Assembly: GCA_002104905.1 (NCBI GenBank)
Contig: MCFE01000206.1
Location: forward strand, 65,813 to 129,812
Direction: 5' to 3'
DNA length: 64,000 bases
DNA from: Basidiobolus meristosporus CBS 931.73
Taxonomy: Eukaryota; Fungi; Basidiobolomycota
The position numbers and the translations under genes are program-made. Below, one piece after another: positions 63,531 to 64,000 of this stretch. The notes beneath the pieces are model-generated. The model was not told the DNA's origin. It worked only from the letters and a program-made list of their open reading frames with translations, and did not search any database. Position 1 is the stretch's first letter. The number at the start of each line of letters is the position of its first letter.

Positions 63531-64000
63531 TAGGGTAGGGGGGGAGACAGTCACCAACAGGTGAAATCTTTATTTCAGTTGAAACAAAGAAGCCAGCGCT
63601 ACTGTTGTAGCTTTGATACAAGAGTGTGTAGCTGAGGGGAATTTGTAGGCAAGTTAATAAGAAGTGATGATAGTTCTTCAGTGCTCAAGACACTGTTCAG
63701 TGGGAAGGGGGGTAGCAAGAGAGGTAAGAATGACTTGTGAACAACATTAATGAGGGGAATGTGATAAGGATTGATATTCATCATAAAGGGAGTGTGCTGC
63801 TGCAGATATTGCTGCCAAAGGTCTGTCAAGTACTTCAGGTAGGCCAGCTTGGGTTTTTCTGACTGCAGAATATAGTCAGCAAACTTCTTGACTTCAGGAT
63901 CTCCAAGTATAGTTCTCCAGCAGGAGCCAGGTGTTGTGTGGTGTGTTCTCTTCCAGGCCTTAATCAGTGGGTTGTTGCAGTTGTGAAGTCTGAGGTATAA
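63531..64000 (-). mobile_element. LINE unit 9 (lineage B), continues beyond the window
   Basis: TAGGGTAGGGGGGG junction; hairpin at 63551; open frame LYLRLHNCNNPLIKAWK..SCWRTILG..HTLVSKLQQ*. Confidence 0.9.

Noticed and set aside
62653-63621. 322-aa ORF as one protein starting at the ATG at 63621
   Set aside because: The first ~30 codons read through the 3' UTR and hairpin of unit 9 into truncated unit 8, so it is a junction chimera; the same applies to ORF 55425-55649
47670-64000. Recurrent TCACC-N-GGTGA palindromic repeats read as a CRISPR array or MITE terminal repeats
   Set aside because: Spacing is irregular (tens of bp to kb), intervening DNA is LINE coding sequence, all copies are polar 3' ends, and there are no cas genes or paired TIRs
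47670-64000. Penelope-like (Coprina/Athena) identity for the telomeric units
   Set aside because: RT motifs are LINE-type (GVVQGSVLGP, FADD, YLG, PVLEFG); no pLTR structure or hammerhead core (CTGA-N-GA...GAAA in a three-stem context) was recognised

Overview
Eukaryotic, intron-containing fungal DNA; protein similarities suggest an early-diverging lineage (Mucoromycota/Zoopagomycota, Basidiobolus-like; inference only). Positions 1-47.4 kb hold ordinary spliced genes: amino-acid permease, tetraspanin, half-size ABCA, yippee, Pho80/Pcl-type cyclin, calcineurin B, Ngl/Angel-type deadenylase, GPI wall protein, mitochondrial phosphate carrier, P450, F-box and a C2H2 factor. Two genes have bacterial-type domains: a pRiA4b-ORF3-like gene and an intronless MgtA/MgtB-type P-ATPase, which is the last gene. 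From 47,670 to the window end there are no host genes. Instead there is a head-to-tail array of nine same-orientation (minus-strand), mostly 5'-truncated non-LTR retroelement units: three diverged LINE lineages, a tRNA-derived SINE and a 36-nt micro-unit. All end in a conserved TCACC-loop-GGTGA hairpin with no poly(A), and all are joined at TTAGGG-like seeds. A Ty1/Copia element, related LTRs and a young chromodomain Ty3/Gypsy element are nested in the array. The best reading is a subtelomere extended alternately by telomere-primed retrotransposition and telomerase, with a SINE using the same 3' signal. No database searches were run; all identifications come from motif recognition and by-eye comparison.
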